NCBI GenBank assembly: GCA_028700115.1 | Contig: JAQVTI010000014.1 | Span: forward strand, 1-23,003 | From: Candidatus Iainarchaeum sp. | GTDB lineage: Archaea; Iainarchaeota; Iainarchaeia; Iainarchaeales; CSSED10-239 | Length of the DNA stretch: 23,003 bases | Reading direction: 5' to 3' | Shown here: positions 7,054 through 14,945 of the stretch, piece after piece | Position numbering within the stretch: position 1 is the stretch's first letter | How the letters are laid out: each line of letters starts with the position of its first letter | Notes under the pieces: model-generated | What the model was told of the DNA's origin: nothing | What the model saw: the letters and a program-made list of their open reading frames with translations, nothing else | Database searches by the model: none | Made by a program: the position numbers and the translations under genes

Positions 7054-7132
7054 TTTAATCTTTAGTTTATATTATTTTATATATTATATAAGATGATTAA
7101 TATATATATTTTTTGTTTTATTAAATTATATT

Positions 7133-8074
7133 ATGATTCAAGAAAAAAATATTTTAAAAGAATTAAAATATATTTATCCTAATAAAACTATTAAAGATTT
7201 AAAAAAAATTAAATCTGGTAGAAAAAATTATAATTTTTATTTTAAAATAAATAATGATAAATATATTTTTAGATTAAAAGCAGATTATAAAAATGCATAT
7301 AAAAAATCTAAAAAAGAATATTATAATTTAATTAAAATAAATAAAATTCTTCCACAAAATACTCCAAAGATATATTTTTTTAAAAGAAAAGGTAAATTTA
7401 TTCCTTTTTCTTATTTAATTATAGAATATATTGAAGGAAAAGAAATTAAATTTAATAAAAATAATGTAAAACAACTTGCAAAGGTAGTGTCTAAACTACA
7501 TTTAGAAAAAGTTAAATTTTTAGATAGGCTTTTTTTAACAAAAAGAATATATAAATTTATTTCTGAAAAGTATCTTTTAAATAAAGAAAAAAAAATTATT
7601 AAAAAAAATAATTGTTTTAAATTTATTACTATTTTTGGAGATAAATTAATTAAAAAAAATAAAATTAAAAATATTGTTTTAAGTTATATTCACTCAGATA
7701 TTCAATCTCCAAATATTATAGAAAATAATAATAATCTTTTTTTAATTGATATTGAATTTTTAGAAATTGGAGATAGAGCTTATGATTTAGGGAAGCTTTT
7801 TTTAGATTCCAATTTTTTAAAATATAAAGATATTTTTTTAAAAGAATATATTAAATATACAAAAATGAAAAATATTGAACAAGAAATTAATAAATATGTA
7901 AATATTCAAAAATATATTTGGATTCTTTCAGATCTTAAAAGTTATGTTTTTAAAGATAATATTATTTCTTTAAAAGATTTAAAAAAAAGTATAATTAAAA
8001 ATTACAATGCTTTGAAAAAATGTAATTTAACAGAAGATATTAATATAAATAATTTTTTAGATTGTTTAAAATAA
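7133..8074 (+). CDS. Phosphotransferase of the APH/choline-kinase-like kinase family
   Basis: Brenner-type catalytic motif HSDIQSPNII, followed by DIEFLEIGDRAYDLG (HxDxxxxN ... DxE). Confidence 0.8.
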   Translation: MIQEKNILKELKYIYPNKTIKDLKKIKSGRKNYNFYFKINNDKYIFRLKADYKNAYKKSKKEYYNLIKINKILPQNTPKIYFFKRKGKFIPFSYLIIEYIEGKEIKFNKNNVKQLAKVVSKLHLEKVKFLDRLFLTKRIYKFISEKYLLNKEKKIIKKNNCFKFITIFGDKLIKKNKIKNIVLSYIHSDIQSPNIIENNNNLFLIDIEFLEIGDRAYDLGKLFLDSNFLKYKDIFLKEYIKYTKMKNIEQEINKYVNIQKYIWILSDLKSYVFKDNIISLKDLKKSIIKNYNALKKCNLTEDININNFLDCLK

Positions 8075-8089
8075 TTTTTATAAATAAGT

Positions 8090-8097
8090 TTATATAG
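8090..8097 (+). promoter_or_regulatory. Candidate TATA box (AAGTTTATATA) upstream of 8159-8431
   Basis: TTTATATA is preceded by AAG, the same element type as at 2308 and 9700. Confidence 0.3.
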
Positions 8098-8158
8098 AGA
8101 ATATTTATTAAATATTATTTAATAAAAATAAATTTCAAAAAGGTAAAAGGTGTTTTTT

Positions 8159-8431
8159 ATGAAAAAAGAAGTTTTAGAAAAAATAAGTGCATTAATTATT
8201 GCATCATTTGGTCTTGTTGCTGCTCTAGCTTGGAATGCAGCTATCCAAGAAATTTTTAAACAAATTTTTGGTTCTACAAGTGGAATTATTGCAATGTTAT
8301 TTTATGCAATAATTGTAACTGTTATTGCTGTGTGGATTACAATTAAATTTGCAAAATTAACTGAAAATGCAAATAAAAATATAAATAAATTAAAAATATC
8401 TAATAAAAATATTAAAAGAAATAAAAAATAA
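8159..8431 (+). CDS. Small two-TM membrane protein of a widespread ~90-aa family (AALAWN motif)
   Basis: ATG 8159 sits 6 nt after the SD AAGGTG (8147-8152). The sequence is MKKEVLEKISALIIASFGLVAALAWNAAIQEIFKQIFG... The track's 8150 start is a GTG inside the SD. Confidence 0.75.
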   Translation: MKKEVLEKISALIIASFGLVAALAWNAAIQEIFKQIFGSTSGIIAMLFYAIIVTVIAVWITIKFAKLTENANKNINKLKISNKNIKRNKK

Positions 8432-8466
8432 ATTAAATAATTTTTTAATTATAATTATTTCTGTTC

Positions 8467-8510
8467 AACAAATATGGGTTTATTTTTTATTAAAATAACC
8501 CATATTTGTT
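8467..8510. terminator. Perfect 14-bp inverted repeat with a 16-nt loop, between the 8159-8431 CDS and the RHH gene
   Basis: AACAAATATGGGTT (8467-8480) pairs with AACCCATATTTGTT (8497-8510). The right arm and loop overlap the last codons of the minus-strand RHH ORF. Confidence 0.45.
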
Positions 8511-8635
8511 AATTTAATTAATACTAATTGTTTAACTACATCTGCTCTTGAACAACCAATTTTATTTACTAAACTATCAATTATTTCTATTTGTTCCTTT
8601 GAAAAATAAGGACTAATTCTATTTTCTGAGGCCAT
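8480..8635 (-). CDS. Ribbon-helix-helix (CopG/MetJ/Arc-type) DNA-binding protein, 51 aa
   Basis: The minus-strand ORF is MASENRISPYFSKEQIEIIDSLVNKIGCSRADVVKQLVLIKLTNMGYFNKK*. It shows a beta-strand (RISPYF) followed by helix-turn-helix, which is the RHH pattern. An AGTGA SD-like motif lies upstream. It is below the track cutoff. Confidence 0.6.
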   Translation of the reverse strand: MASENRISPYFSKEQIEIIDSLVNKIGCSRADVVKQLVLIKLTNMGYFNKK

Positions 8636-8659
8636 AATATCACTTCTACAGTTTTATAA

Positions 8660-8675
8660 TAGTAACTAATGAGTG
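8660..8675. promoter_or_regulatory. Operator-like repeat copy 1 (TAGTAACTAATGAGTG) in the RHH/MAT divergent promoter
   Basis: It matches 8713-8728 at 14 of 16 positions. Its core TAGTAACTA is the reverse complement of TAGTTACTA in copy 2. It abuts the minus-strand TATA-like ATTATAAAA of the RHH gene. Confidence 0.4.
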
Positions 8676-8681
8676 AAAAGG

Positions 8682-8689
8682 TTTATATT
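8682..8689 (+). promoter_or_regulatory. Candidate TATA box (AAAAGG-TTTATATT) for the MAT gene
   Basis: A TTTATA-type box with a purine-rich upstream flank, about 60 nt upstream of ATG 8749. Confidence 0.3.
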
Positions 8690-8712
8690 CTTTATTATTA
8701 TTAAATATTTTG

Positions 8713-8728
8713 TAGTTACTAATAAGTG
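8713..8728. promoter_or_regulatory. Operator-like repeat copy 2 (TAGTTACTAATAAGTG)
   Basis: It lies between the candidate TATA (8682-8689) and the SD GAGGTGA (8739-8745) of the MAT gene, around the expected transcription start. Confidence 0.4.
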
Positions 8729-8748
8729 TTTATTAAATGAGGTGAATT

Positions 8749-9654
8749 ATGACTATAATAGATATTATTGAAAGAAAAGGAATAGGCCATCCAGATACAA
8801 TTGCTGATAATTTGTCTGAAAATTTAAAAAAAAAATTAGATAAAGAATATTTAAAACAATATAAAAAACTTTGTCATTTTAATGTAGATAAAACATTAGT
8901 TTCTGCAGGAGAAATTAAAAAAAATAAATTTATTAATCCTGTAAGAATTGTTTTTGCAGGTCAATATACAAAATTATTAAATATAGATGATATACTTTTA
9001 CAAGTTGTTAAAAAAACATTAAAAGTAGAAATTAATAGGGGTTTAGAATATAAAATATATAATTTTTTAAATCAAGGTAGTTTTGATTTAACTAATAATT
9101 TTAATTTTAAAAAATCAAATGATACGAGTTTTTCGGTAGGTTTTAAATTAAGCAAAAATCATAAATTAGTTAAAAATATTGGAAAATATTTAGATAATTT
9201 ATATAAATTAAATAAATTTATAGGAACAGATAATAAAATTATGTTAATTGAAAAAGATAATAGAATAAATTTATATATTGCTCTTGCTTTTTTAAATATA
9301 AAAAATTATTTTAAAGAAAAAAAAAAAATTGAAAATTATTTAAAAAATAAATATAAAGTAAATGTAAAAATTAATAATGCAGATACTAAAAATATAAAAT
9401 TTATTACAAAAACAGGAACTTCTTTAGAAATGGGTGATTCTGGAATGACAGGTAGAGGAAATAGAAGAAATGGTTTAATTACTCCATTAATGCCAATGAC
9501 TTTAGAAGCGTATTATGGTAAAAATTCTAATACACATATAGGACGAATTTATCAAGATTTTGCACAAAAAATTTCAAATAAAAAAAATAAAAATGTTTTA
9601 TTAATTAATAAAATTGGAAATGATATTTTGGATTATGATATTTTTGAAATTTAG
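8749..9654 (+). CDS. mat: Archaeal-type S-adenosylmethionine synthetase (MAT) homologue, unusually short at 301 aa
   Basis: Family motifs are present: ERKGIGHPDTIAD, SNDTSFSVG and TGTSLEMGDSGMTGRGNRRNGLITPLMPMTLEAYYGKNSNTHIGRIYQ. A strong SD GAGGTGA lies upstream. Confidence 0.8.
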   Translation: MTIIDIIERKGIGHPDTIADNLSENLKKKLDKEYLKQYKKLCHFNVDKTLVSAGEIKKNKFINPVRIVFAGQYTKLLNIDDILLQVVKKTLKVEINRGLEYKIYNFLNQGSFDLTNNFNFKKSNDTSFSVGFKLSKNHKLVKNIGKYLDNLYKLNKFIGTDNKIMLIEKDNRINLYIALAFLNIKNYFKEKKKIENYLKNKYKVNVKINNADTKNIKFITKTGTSLEMGDSGMTGRGNRRNGLITPLMPMTLEAYYGKNSNTHIGRIYQDFAQKISNKKNKNVLLINKIGNDILDYDIFEI

Positions 9655-9699
9655 TTAATTTATTTTTTTATATGATTTTAATTTTTAATTATAACTAAG

Positions 9700-9707
9700 T
9701 TTATATA
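9700..9707 (+). promoter_or_regulatory. Candidate TATA box (AAGTTTATATA) for 9731-10897
   Basis: TTTATATA ends 23 nt before ATG 9731 and no SD is present. This fits a leaderless or near-leaderless transcript. Confidence 0.35.
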
Positions 9708-9730
9708 TTTTTGTATATTATATTACTATT

Positions 9731-10897
9731 ATGACTAAAAAAAATAATTTTAAAAAATTAAATTATAAATTTTTATTGAAAATTTTATTTTTAATTATTA
9801 TATTTTGTTTAGTATTTATAATTATTTTAAAAATAAATAATAATAATTTAAAAGAAGATTTATTTGTCTTAAATAAAGATTATAATTCTTTAAATAAAGC
9901 TTATTTTAATTTAGATCAAAATTACTCTATTCTTAGTAAGGAATATTATTCATTAGATAAAGAATATATTTTTTTAGAAAGTAAATATGATCTTTTATTT
10001 CAAAAAAATCAAGATATTTTATCTAATTTGGATAATTTAAAATCTGATTATGATTATTTAATACAAGATTTAAATAATTTTAAAGAAGAACTAGAAGAGT
10101 CTATGACTTGGTTTAAAATAAATTCTTCTTTAAATAATATATCTGATGATTTTATAGAGAAAAGGACTAAGCATTTTTTAGATGAATGTATTTCTTGTTC
10201 TATTGATTTATGTACAATTAAAACTGCTTGTATAGATTTAAAAAATGATAAAAGTATCCATGTAAAATATGATGATGATATAACAACAAGTAATTCTTTT
10301 GATAAATTACAAGCTTTAGATAGTTTTTTAGAACAAAGAAAAGGAGACTGCGAAGATTTCTCTTTATTATATGCTGCTGAATTAAGATATTTGATTGAAA
10401 AAGCAGATGGAAAAGATATTATTTTTGAAATCATTATTAATTCAGACACTAAAAAAGATTATTATATAACAAATGATTGGTATTTTGAAGAAGGAATTAG
10501 TTTTATAGATTTTAGTTATAATGATTATAAATATCCATATGTTGTTTGTGGGAATTTATATGATCCAAATATAGATGATATTAGTGGGCATTGCTTAGTT
10601 ATGATTTCTGATAAAGAAATTAAAACAAATAAAGATATTTATGAAATTTCTGCAATTACAATTGAACCACAAACAGGTTTATTTCAAGGCAAATTAAATA
10701 AATATTTTGAAACAGAAATAGAAGTGTTTGATATAAGTTTAATAGATAAAGATATTTATGCTAATCAAACTGTTTATGAAATAATTACAGATAATGATTT
10801 ATATTATAATAATTATATTTATGAAAATATAGATATAGATGAAAGCAAATGGCTAAGTTATTCTTATTTTATAAATAAGATTGATGAAATTATTTAA
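9731..10897 (+). CDS. Membrane-anchored coiled-coil protein with a transglutaminase-like Cys-protease core
   Basis: It has an N-terminal TM helix, then a Tyr/Leu heptad region. A putative Cys-His-Asp core follows: RKGDCEDFSLLYAAELR ... SGHCLVMISD. Confidence 0.55.
   Translation: MTKKNNFKKLNYKFLLKILFLIIIFCLVFIIILKINNNNLKEDLFVLNKDYNSLNKAYFNLDQNYSILSKEYYSLDKEYIFLESKYDLLFQKNQDILSNLDNLKSDYDYLIQDLNNFKEELEESMTWFKINSSLNNISDDFIEKRTKHFLDECISCSIDLCTIKTACIDLKNDKSIHVKYDDDITTSNSFDKLQALDSFLEQRKGDCEDFSLLYAAELRYLIEKADGKDIIFEIIINSDTKKDYYITNDWYFEEGISFIDFSYNDYKYPYVVCGNLYDPNIDDISGHCLVMISDKEIKTNKDIYEISAITIEPQTGLFQGKLNKYFETEIEVFDISLIDKDIYANQTVYEIITDNDLYYNNYIYENIDIDESKWLSYSYFINKIDEII
9875..10003 (+). repeat. About six tandem 21-nt (heptad) repeats encoding xxYxxLx units
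   Basis: The units are KDYNSLN KAYFNLD QNYSILS KEYYSLD KEYIFLE SKYDLLF, with Tyr and Leu at fixed heptad positions. Confidence 0.75.
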
Positions 10898-10911
10898 AAA
10901 TCTGATTAAAA

Positions 10912-11292
10912 ATGAATGAAGTAGAACAAGATTCAAAAAACCTTTTTACAGGTATATGGAAATTAATTTATAAAACATTTTATGCAATGGCATATTCTTT
11001 TGTAATTAATATAATTTCTAGATATCTTAATTTTGTTTTTGGTCTAAATATTCCAGAAAATCTAATAACTTCTATTCTTTTAATTTTATTAAGTATTTAT
11101 TATGTTGTGGTTTATTTTAAAAAGACCAATTTATACTACCTATGTGGATGGATTATAGGTATAGTTATAATGTATACTTTAGGGATTTTAACTTCAGAAA
11201 ACGCATTTTTATATCTAGTAATTCCTGTAGGCTTATATTTAATTAGATATAGTGTTGGTGCAATTTTTAGAAGAAAAAATTATTTTTCTTAA
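10912..11292 (+). CDS. Multi-pass membrane protein (126 aa), hypothetical
   Basis: Intact ORF with 3-4 hydrophobic segments. No family recognised. Confidence 0.6.
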   Translation: MNEVEQDSKNLFTGIWKLIYKTFYAMAYSFVINIISRYLNFVFGLNIPENLITSILLILLSIYYVVVYFKKTNLYYLCGWIIGIVIMYTLGILTSENAFLYLVIPVGLYLIRYSVGAIFRRKNYFS

Positions 11293-11309
11293 ATAAAAAA
11301 AAAGAATAA

Positions 11310-11335
11310 AAAAGAGTTTTTAAAAAAACTCTTTT
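11310..11335. terminator. Bidirectional hairpin terminator between convergent genes
   Basis: AAAAGAGTTTT-TAAA-AAAACTCTTTT forms an 11-bp stem, with A/T runs on both sides. Confidence 0.55.
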
Positions 11336-11339
11336 AAAT

Positions 11340-11561
11340 TTATTCTATAAATTCTCCAACATCAATTTCAGAAAGCATATCTTCTTCTGTTATAATTTCT
11401 GGAATTTCTGTTTCATCAGGAAATATTTCTTCAAATTCTACAAAATCATCATATGTATTAACATTATTAATAGCTTTATTTGTAGTTGCAGAAATTACTA
11501 AAAATAAACCTGCAATAACAACTAAGGCAATAATTATTCCAATAAATAAATCTTTTTTCAT
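11340..11561 (-). CDS. Small membrane-anchored protein with an acidic tail (73 aa), hypothetical
   Basis: ATG 11561 is preceded by a strong SD AGGAGG (minus strand). It overlaps the upstream gene's TGA by 1 nt (TGATG). It has a TM helix and then a DDFVEFEEIFPDETEIPEIITEEDM acidic tail. Confidence 0.65.
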   Translation of the reverse strand: MKKDLFIGIIIALVVIAGLFLVISATTNKAINNVNTYDDFVEFEEIFPDETEIPEIITEEDMLSEIDVGEFIE

Positions 11562-12532
11562 CAATTATTACCTCCTTTATATCCTGTACCGTCTTGAGGC
11601 ATATTATAATCACAATCTTCTGCATTTAAACAATTATTTTCATTATAATTACTTAATCCTTGTTTTTTATAATTTTTATAATCTCCAATTGCATTTAGAT
11701 TACAATTAATATTTATATCCCCATCTTGGCATTTTTGAGAAATTTCTTGGTATCTATTTTGTTTTTGTTCTGATATTTTATTTTGAATTGAATCCATTTT
11801 ATTAGATATTAAAAGTCCTTTGTTTATTTTAGCTTGTTGTTTAATTTCAGTTTGTTTTATTTTAAATTCTTGAATAAGTTTTTGTCTTTCTTCAATATTT
11901 AAATCAGACATTTTTTCAAAGCCTTTATTTTTTGCAATTTCACTTATTTTTAATCCAATGTTTTCTTTTACTTTTAAATTATGATTTTGTGCAAGATTTC
12001 TTATTTTATTCATATTTTCTTGTCTTATATCTTGTTTAACACCTTTATATTCTTCTTTAATAGATTGTCTTAAAGATACATCTGTATTATCTACTAAAAA
12101 ACTTCTGATATCTTGAACAATATCTATAACTTGTTTTTTATAAGTTATAAAATCTAGAGACATTTCTTCTATATTTGTATCTTCGATATTTAAGTTTTCT
12201 AAATAGTTTTCTAAACTAGAATTAATTTCATTTAATTCTAGAATTTTAGATTCTAAAAAGAAAGTATCTATCTGTGAATCTAGATTTACATCTAAATTAT
12301 ATTCTTCAATAGATTTAGAAATTATTTCTAAATGTGCTACTTTTTGATCAATTGTGTTTTGTAATTGTATTAATCTAACCTCAATACCGTAAGGTGTTTG
12401 TGCATAATTTTCAAGATCATCTATTGATTCTTGAATTTCTGTTTCTGTAATTTCAACATCTTCTGCAAATACATTTCCTAAAAGAAAAGCAAATACAAAA
12501 GCAATTGCAATTATTCCTAATATTTTTTTCAT
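11561..12532 (-). CDS. Secreted or anchored long coiled-coil protein with a Cys-rich C-terminus (323 aa), hypothetical
   Basis: It has the signal-like MKKILGIIAIAFVFAFLLGNVFA and the SD AGGTGA upstream. The helical region is Glu/Lys/Gln/Ile-rich. The C-terminus is CQDGDININCN...NCLNAEDCDYN. Confidence 0.7.
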   Translation of the reverse strand: MKKILGIIAIAFVFAFLLGNVFAEDVEITETEIQESIDDLENYAQTPYGIEVRLIQLQNTIDQKVAHLEIISKSIEEYNLDVNLDSQIDTFFLESKILELNEINSSLENYLENLNIEDTNIEEMSLDFITYKKQVIDIVQDIRSFLVDNTDVSLRQSIKEEYKGVKQDIRQENMNKIRNLAQNHNLKVKENIGLKISEIAKNKGFEKMSDLNIEERQKLIQEFKIKQTEIKQQAKINKGLLISNKMDSIQNKISEQKQNRYQEISQKCQDGDININCNLNAIGDYKNYKKQGLSNYNENNCLNAEDCDYNMPQDGTGYKGGNN

Positions 12533-12552
12533 ATATAATTCACCTTTTATTT

Positions 12553-12573
12553 TATTCTTTAGATTAAAGAATA
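12553..12573. promoter_or_regulatory. 9-bp stem, 3-nt loop hairpin in the leader of the 11561-12532 gene
   Basis: TATTCTTTA-GAT-TAAAGAATA lies between the GAAAC repeat cluster and the SD of the downstream (minus-strand) gene. Confidence 0.3.
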
Positions 12574-12662
12574 GTTTAGTTTAATAAAATAATTAGAAGT
12601 GAAACCCTTAATATACTTTTAGTGAAACTAACTGAAACAAAATAGATAAATGTAAGAAACAT

Positions 12663-13385
12663 CTATTTTAAAGATATTTTAAATGTGTTTCCAAATTTTT
12701 TTTTTTCAATAATTTCTTTTTTAATTAAGGAATCTATATTTCTAGAAAGAGATCCTTTTGGTATATCTAAAGTTTTTGATAAATAGTTTTGAGTTACAAA
12801 TTTTTCTTTTTTTATAATTTCTATTATTTTTTTTTGTCTAAAGTTAAGTTCATCTATTTCAATTTTATTTAATTTTTTAGGTTTATTTTTTTTAAATCTG
12901 TAATGTAGATAATAAATTCCACCAAATATAATAAAAAACATTAAAACTATTAAAAAAGATATGTAATCTCTAGATTTTGTTTCTAAATCTGTTGTATATT
13001 GTATTTTTATATTTATTTTTTCATTTTGACCAATTGATGAAATTTTAATTTTATTATATTCATTATATATTCTTATGTTGTTATCTGAATGAATATAGTT
13101 TATAATTGAATTTTCAGGAAGTGTAATTGAATAAAAATAATCTTTAAAAACAGGTGTTAATATTTCAAATGTCCAATATTCTTTGTTTTTTGAAATAAAT
13201 TCTTGTGAGCTTTCAATATCTAGTAAATTATAATTTGTATTTGCTTTTATTTCAGTAATTCCTGTATTTAATATATTAAATTCAAAATTTCCAATATAGT
13301 TTATTTCTTGTGGTAATGAATATATGTTGCTTATTGAAATAATTAAAAATATATTAATAAATATATATAAATATTTATAGTCCAT
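12663..13385 (-). CDS. Membrane-tethered transcription regulator: extracytoplasmic N-domain, TM helix, C-terminal winged-HTH
   Basis: An N-terminal signal or anchor is followed by a ~130-aa domain, then the TM helix ISFLIVLMFFIIFGGIYYL. The C-terminus FRQKKIIEIIKKEKFVTQNYLSKTLDIPKGSLSRNIDSLIKKEIIEKK is a MarR/ArsR-like wHTH. I place the start at ATG 13385; the track start is a TTG. Confidence 0.7.
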   Translation of the reverse strand: MDYKYLYIFINIFLIISISNIYSLPQEINYIGNFEFNILNTGITEIKANTNYNLLDIESSQEFISKNKEYWTFEILTPVFKDYFYSITLPENSIINYIHSDNNIRIYNEYNKIKISSIGQNEKINIKIQYTTDLETKSRDYISFLIVLMFFIIFGGIYYLHYRFKKNKPKKLNKIEIDELNFRQKKIIEIIKKEKFVTQNYLSKTLDIPKGSLSRNIDSLIKKEIIEKKKFGNTFKISLK

Positions 13386-13481
13386 CAAAATATATCTTTA
13401 TAAAAAAATTTAAAAAGCCTTTTATTTATAATATGATTCGGGGTTTAAAAAAAATATCTGAAAAAAAGGAGTTTTTCAAAA

Positions 13482-14822
13482 ATGTATGATGTAATAATAG
13501 TGGGTGCAGGTCCAGCTGGGCTTTTTGCAAGTTATGAACTTAAAAAACAAAATCCAAATTTAACTATTTTATTAATAGATAAAGGTAATTTAGTAGAAAA
13601 TAGAAAAAAAACCGAAGTTATGAATGGTTTTGGTGGAGCAGGAACATTTTCTGATGGAAAACTTCATTTTACACCTGTTCTTTCTCATGAAAAGATGTTT
13701 CATTTATTTTCTATTTCAGAATATCAAAAATATTTAGATTATATTGAAAGACTATTTTTAGATTATGGAGTAGAACCAAATTATTTCCCAAAAGATCTTA
13801 ATAAAGCAAAAAATTTAGTTGATATTGCAGAAAGAAATAATATTAAATTGTTTATAAGAAAAACTTTACATGTAGGTACAGATAAATTACCTCAAATTAT
13901 TCAAAAAATACAAGAGGATATTAAAAAAGAAGGTGTAAAGCTTTTACCAAAAACTGAAATTAAGGATTTAATTATTGAAAATAAAAAAATAAAAGGAATA
14001 ATTACTTCTGAAAATAAAATATTTTATGGAAAAAATATAATTCTTGCTCCAGGAAGATATAATGCTGCATGGTTAGAAGAAATTACAGAAAAATATAATA
14101 TTTCTAAAGTTTATGATAAAGTAGAAGTAGGAGTTAGAGTTGAGTTTCCTCAAAGTATAAATAATGGTCATTCTGAGTTAATGTATGAAACAATATATTC
14201 ATTATATACTAAAACATATGATGATGTGGTTAGAACATTTTGTCCTTGTCCAAAAGGTTTTGTTGCAATTGAAGATTATAAAGATTTTATATGTGTAAAT
14301 GGTTATTCTAATTCAGATAATGATGGTACAAATTCTAATTTTGCATTAGTTGTTGAAGTTAATTTAACAAAACCTTTGCAATCTACTAGAAAATATGCAG
14401 AGTTTGTTGCAAAAGGTGTAACTTTAATAGGTGATGGGAAACCTATTGTTCAAAGATTTAAAGATTTAAAAAATGGAAGAAGATCAACTGAGTCTAGAAT
14501 GAAAAAAGCACATATTATTCCTTCTTTAAAAGAAGCTGTTCCTGGAGACATAGGTATGGCTCTTCCATATAGAATTACAAAAAATCTAATTGAAGGAATT
14601 GAACAACTAAGTAAAATTTTACCAGGTCTAGATGGGGATTCTACTTTTTTATATGCTCCTGAAGTTAAATTTAGATCAAATAAAATAAAAACAAATAAAT
14701 TTTTAGAAACTGAAATTGAAGGTCTTTTTATGGCTGGAGATGGAGCAGGAGTTTCAGGAAATATAGTTGGTGCTGCAATTTCTGGAATTGTTGCAGCAGA
14801 AGGTATTTTAAAAAAGAAATAA
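13482..14822 (+). CDS. FAD-dependent oxidoreductase (uncharacterised FAD-dependent dehydrogenase family)
   Basis: N-terminal dinucleotide-binding motif MYDVIIVGAGPAGLFASYEL. The C-terminal GDGAGVSGNIVGAAISG is typical of this family. SD AGGAG lies upstream. Confidence 0.85.
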   Translation: MYDVIIVGAGPAGLFASYELKKQNPNLTILLIDKGNLVENRKKTEVMNGFGGAGTFSDGKLHFTPVLSHEKMFHLFSISEYQKYLDYIERLFLDYGVEPNYFPKDLNKAKNLVDIAERNNIKLFIRKTLHVGTDKLPQIIQKIQEDIKKEGVKLLPKTEIKDLIIENKKIKGIITSENKIFYGKNIILAPGRYNAAWLEEITEKYNISKVYDKVEVGVRVEFPQSINNGHSELMYETIYSLYTKTYDDVVRTFCPCPKGFVAIEDYKDFICVNGYSNSDNDGTNSNFALVVEVNLTKPLQSTRKYAEFVAKGVTLIGDGKPIVQRFKDLKNGRRSTESRMKKAHIIPSLKEAVPGDIGMALPYRITKNLIEGIEQLSKILPGLDGDSTFLYAPEVKFRSNKIKTNKFLETEIEGLFMAGDGAGVSGNIVGAAISGIVAAEGILKKK

Positions 14823-14825
14823 GTT

Positions 14826-14845
14826 AGTTGTATATTTATACAACT
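14826..14845 (+). terminator. Hairpin immediately 3' of the FAD oxidoreductase gene
   Basis: AGTTGTAT-ATTT-ATACAACT forms an 8-bp stem starting 4 nt after the stop codon. Confidence 0.4.
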
Positions 14846-14945
14846 ATTTATAAACCTTTTGTGTTTTAATATTATTGTAAGTTTGTTTTAATTCTTACAA
14901 TTACTTTTTCTTATTATTTACAAAAAAACATAAAAAGGTGAAAAT

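Noticed and set aside
9318-9328. A11 homopolymer in the MAT gene (and a T11 run at 12696-12706 in the wHTH gene) as phase-variation tracts
   Set aside because: Both simply encode Lys runs (KEKKK / EKKKF) in intact frames. Such runs are expected in this composition, and there is no evidence of a frame shift.
10054-10449. 131-aa - strand ORF from the track
   Set aside because: It lies entirely antisense inside the 9731-10897 CDS, which has a TM anchor, heptad repeats and a TGase-like motif. It is a Ser/Lys-rich shadow ORF.
12598-12660. GAAAC-ending repeats as a CRISPR array remnant
   Set aside because: Only 5-8 nt are shared, spacing is irregular (23, 10 and 22 nt), there are no full-length repeats or spacers, and no cas genes are nearby. 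A regulatory-site interpretation is more parsimonious.
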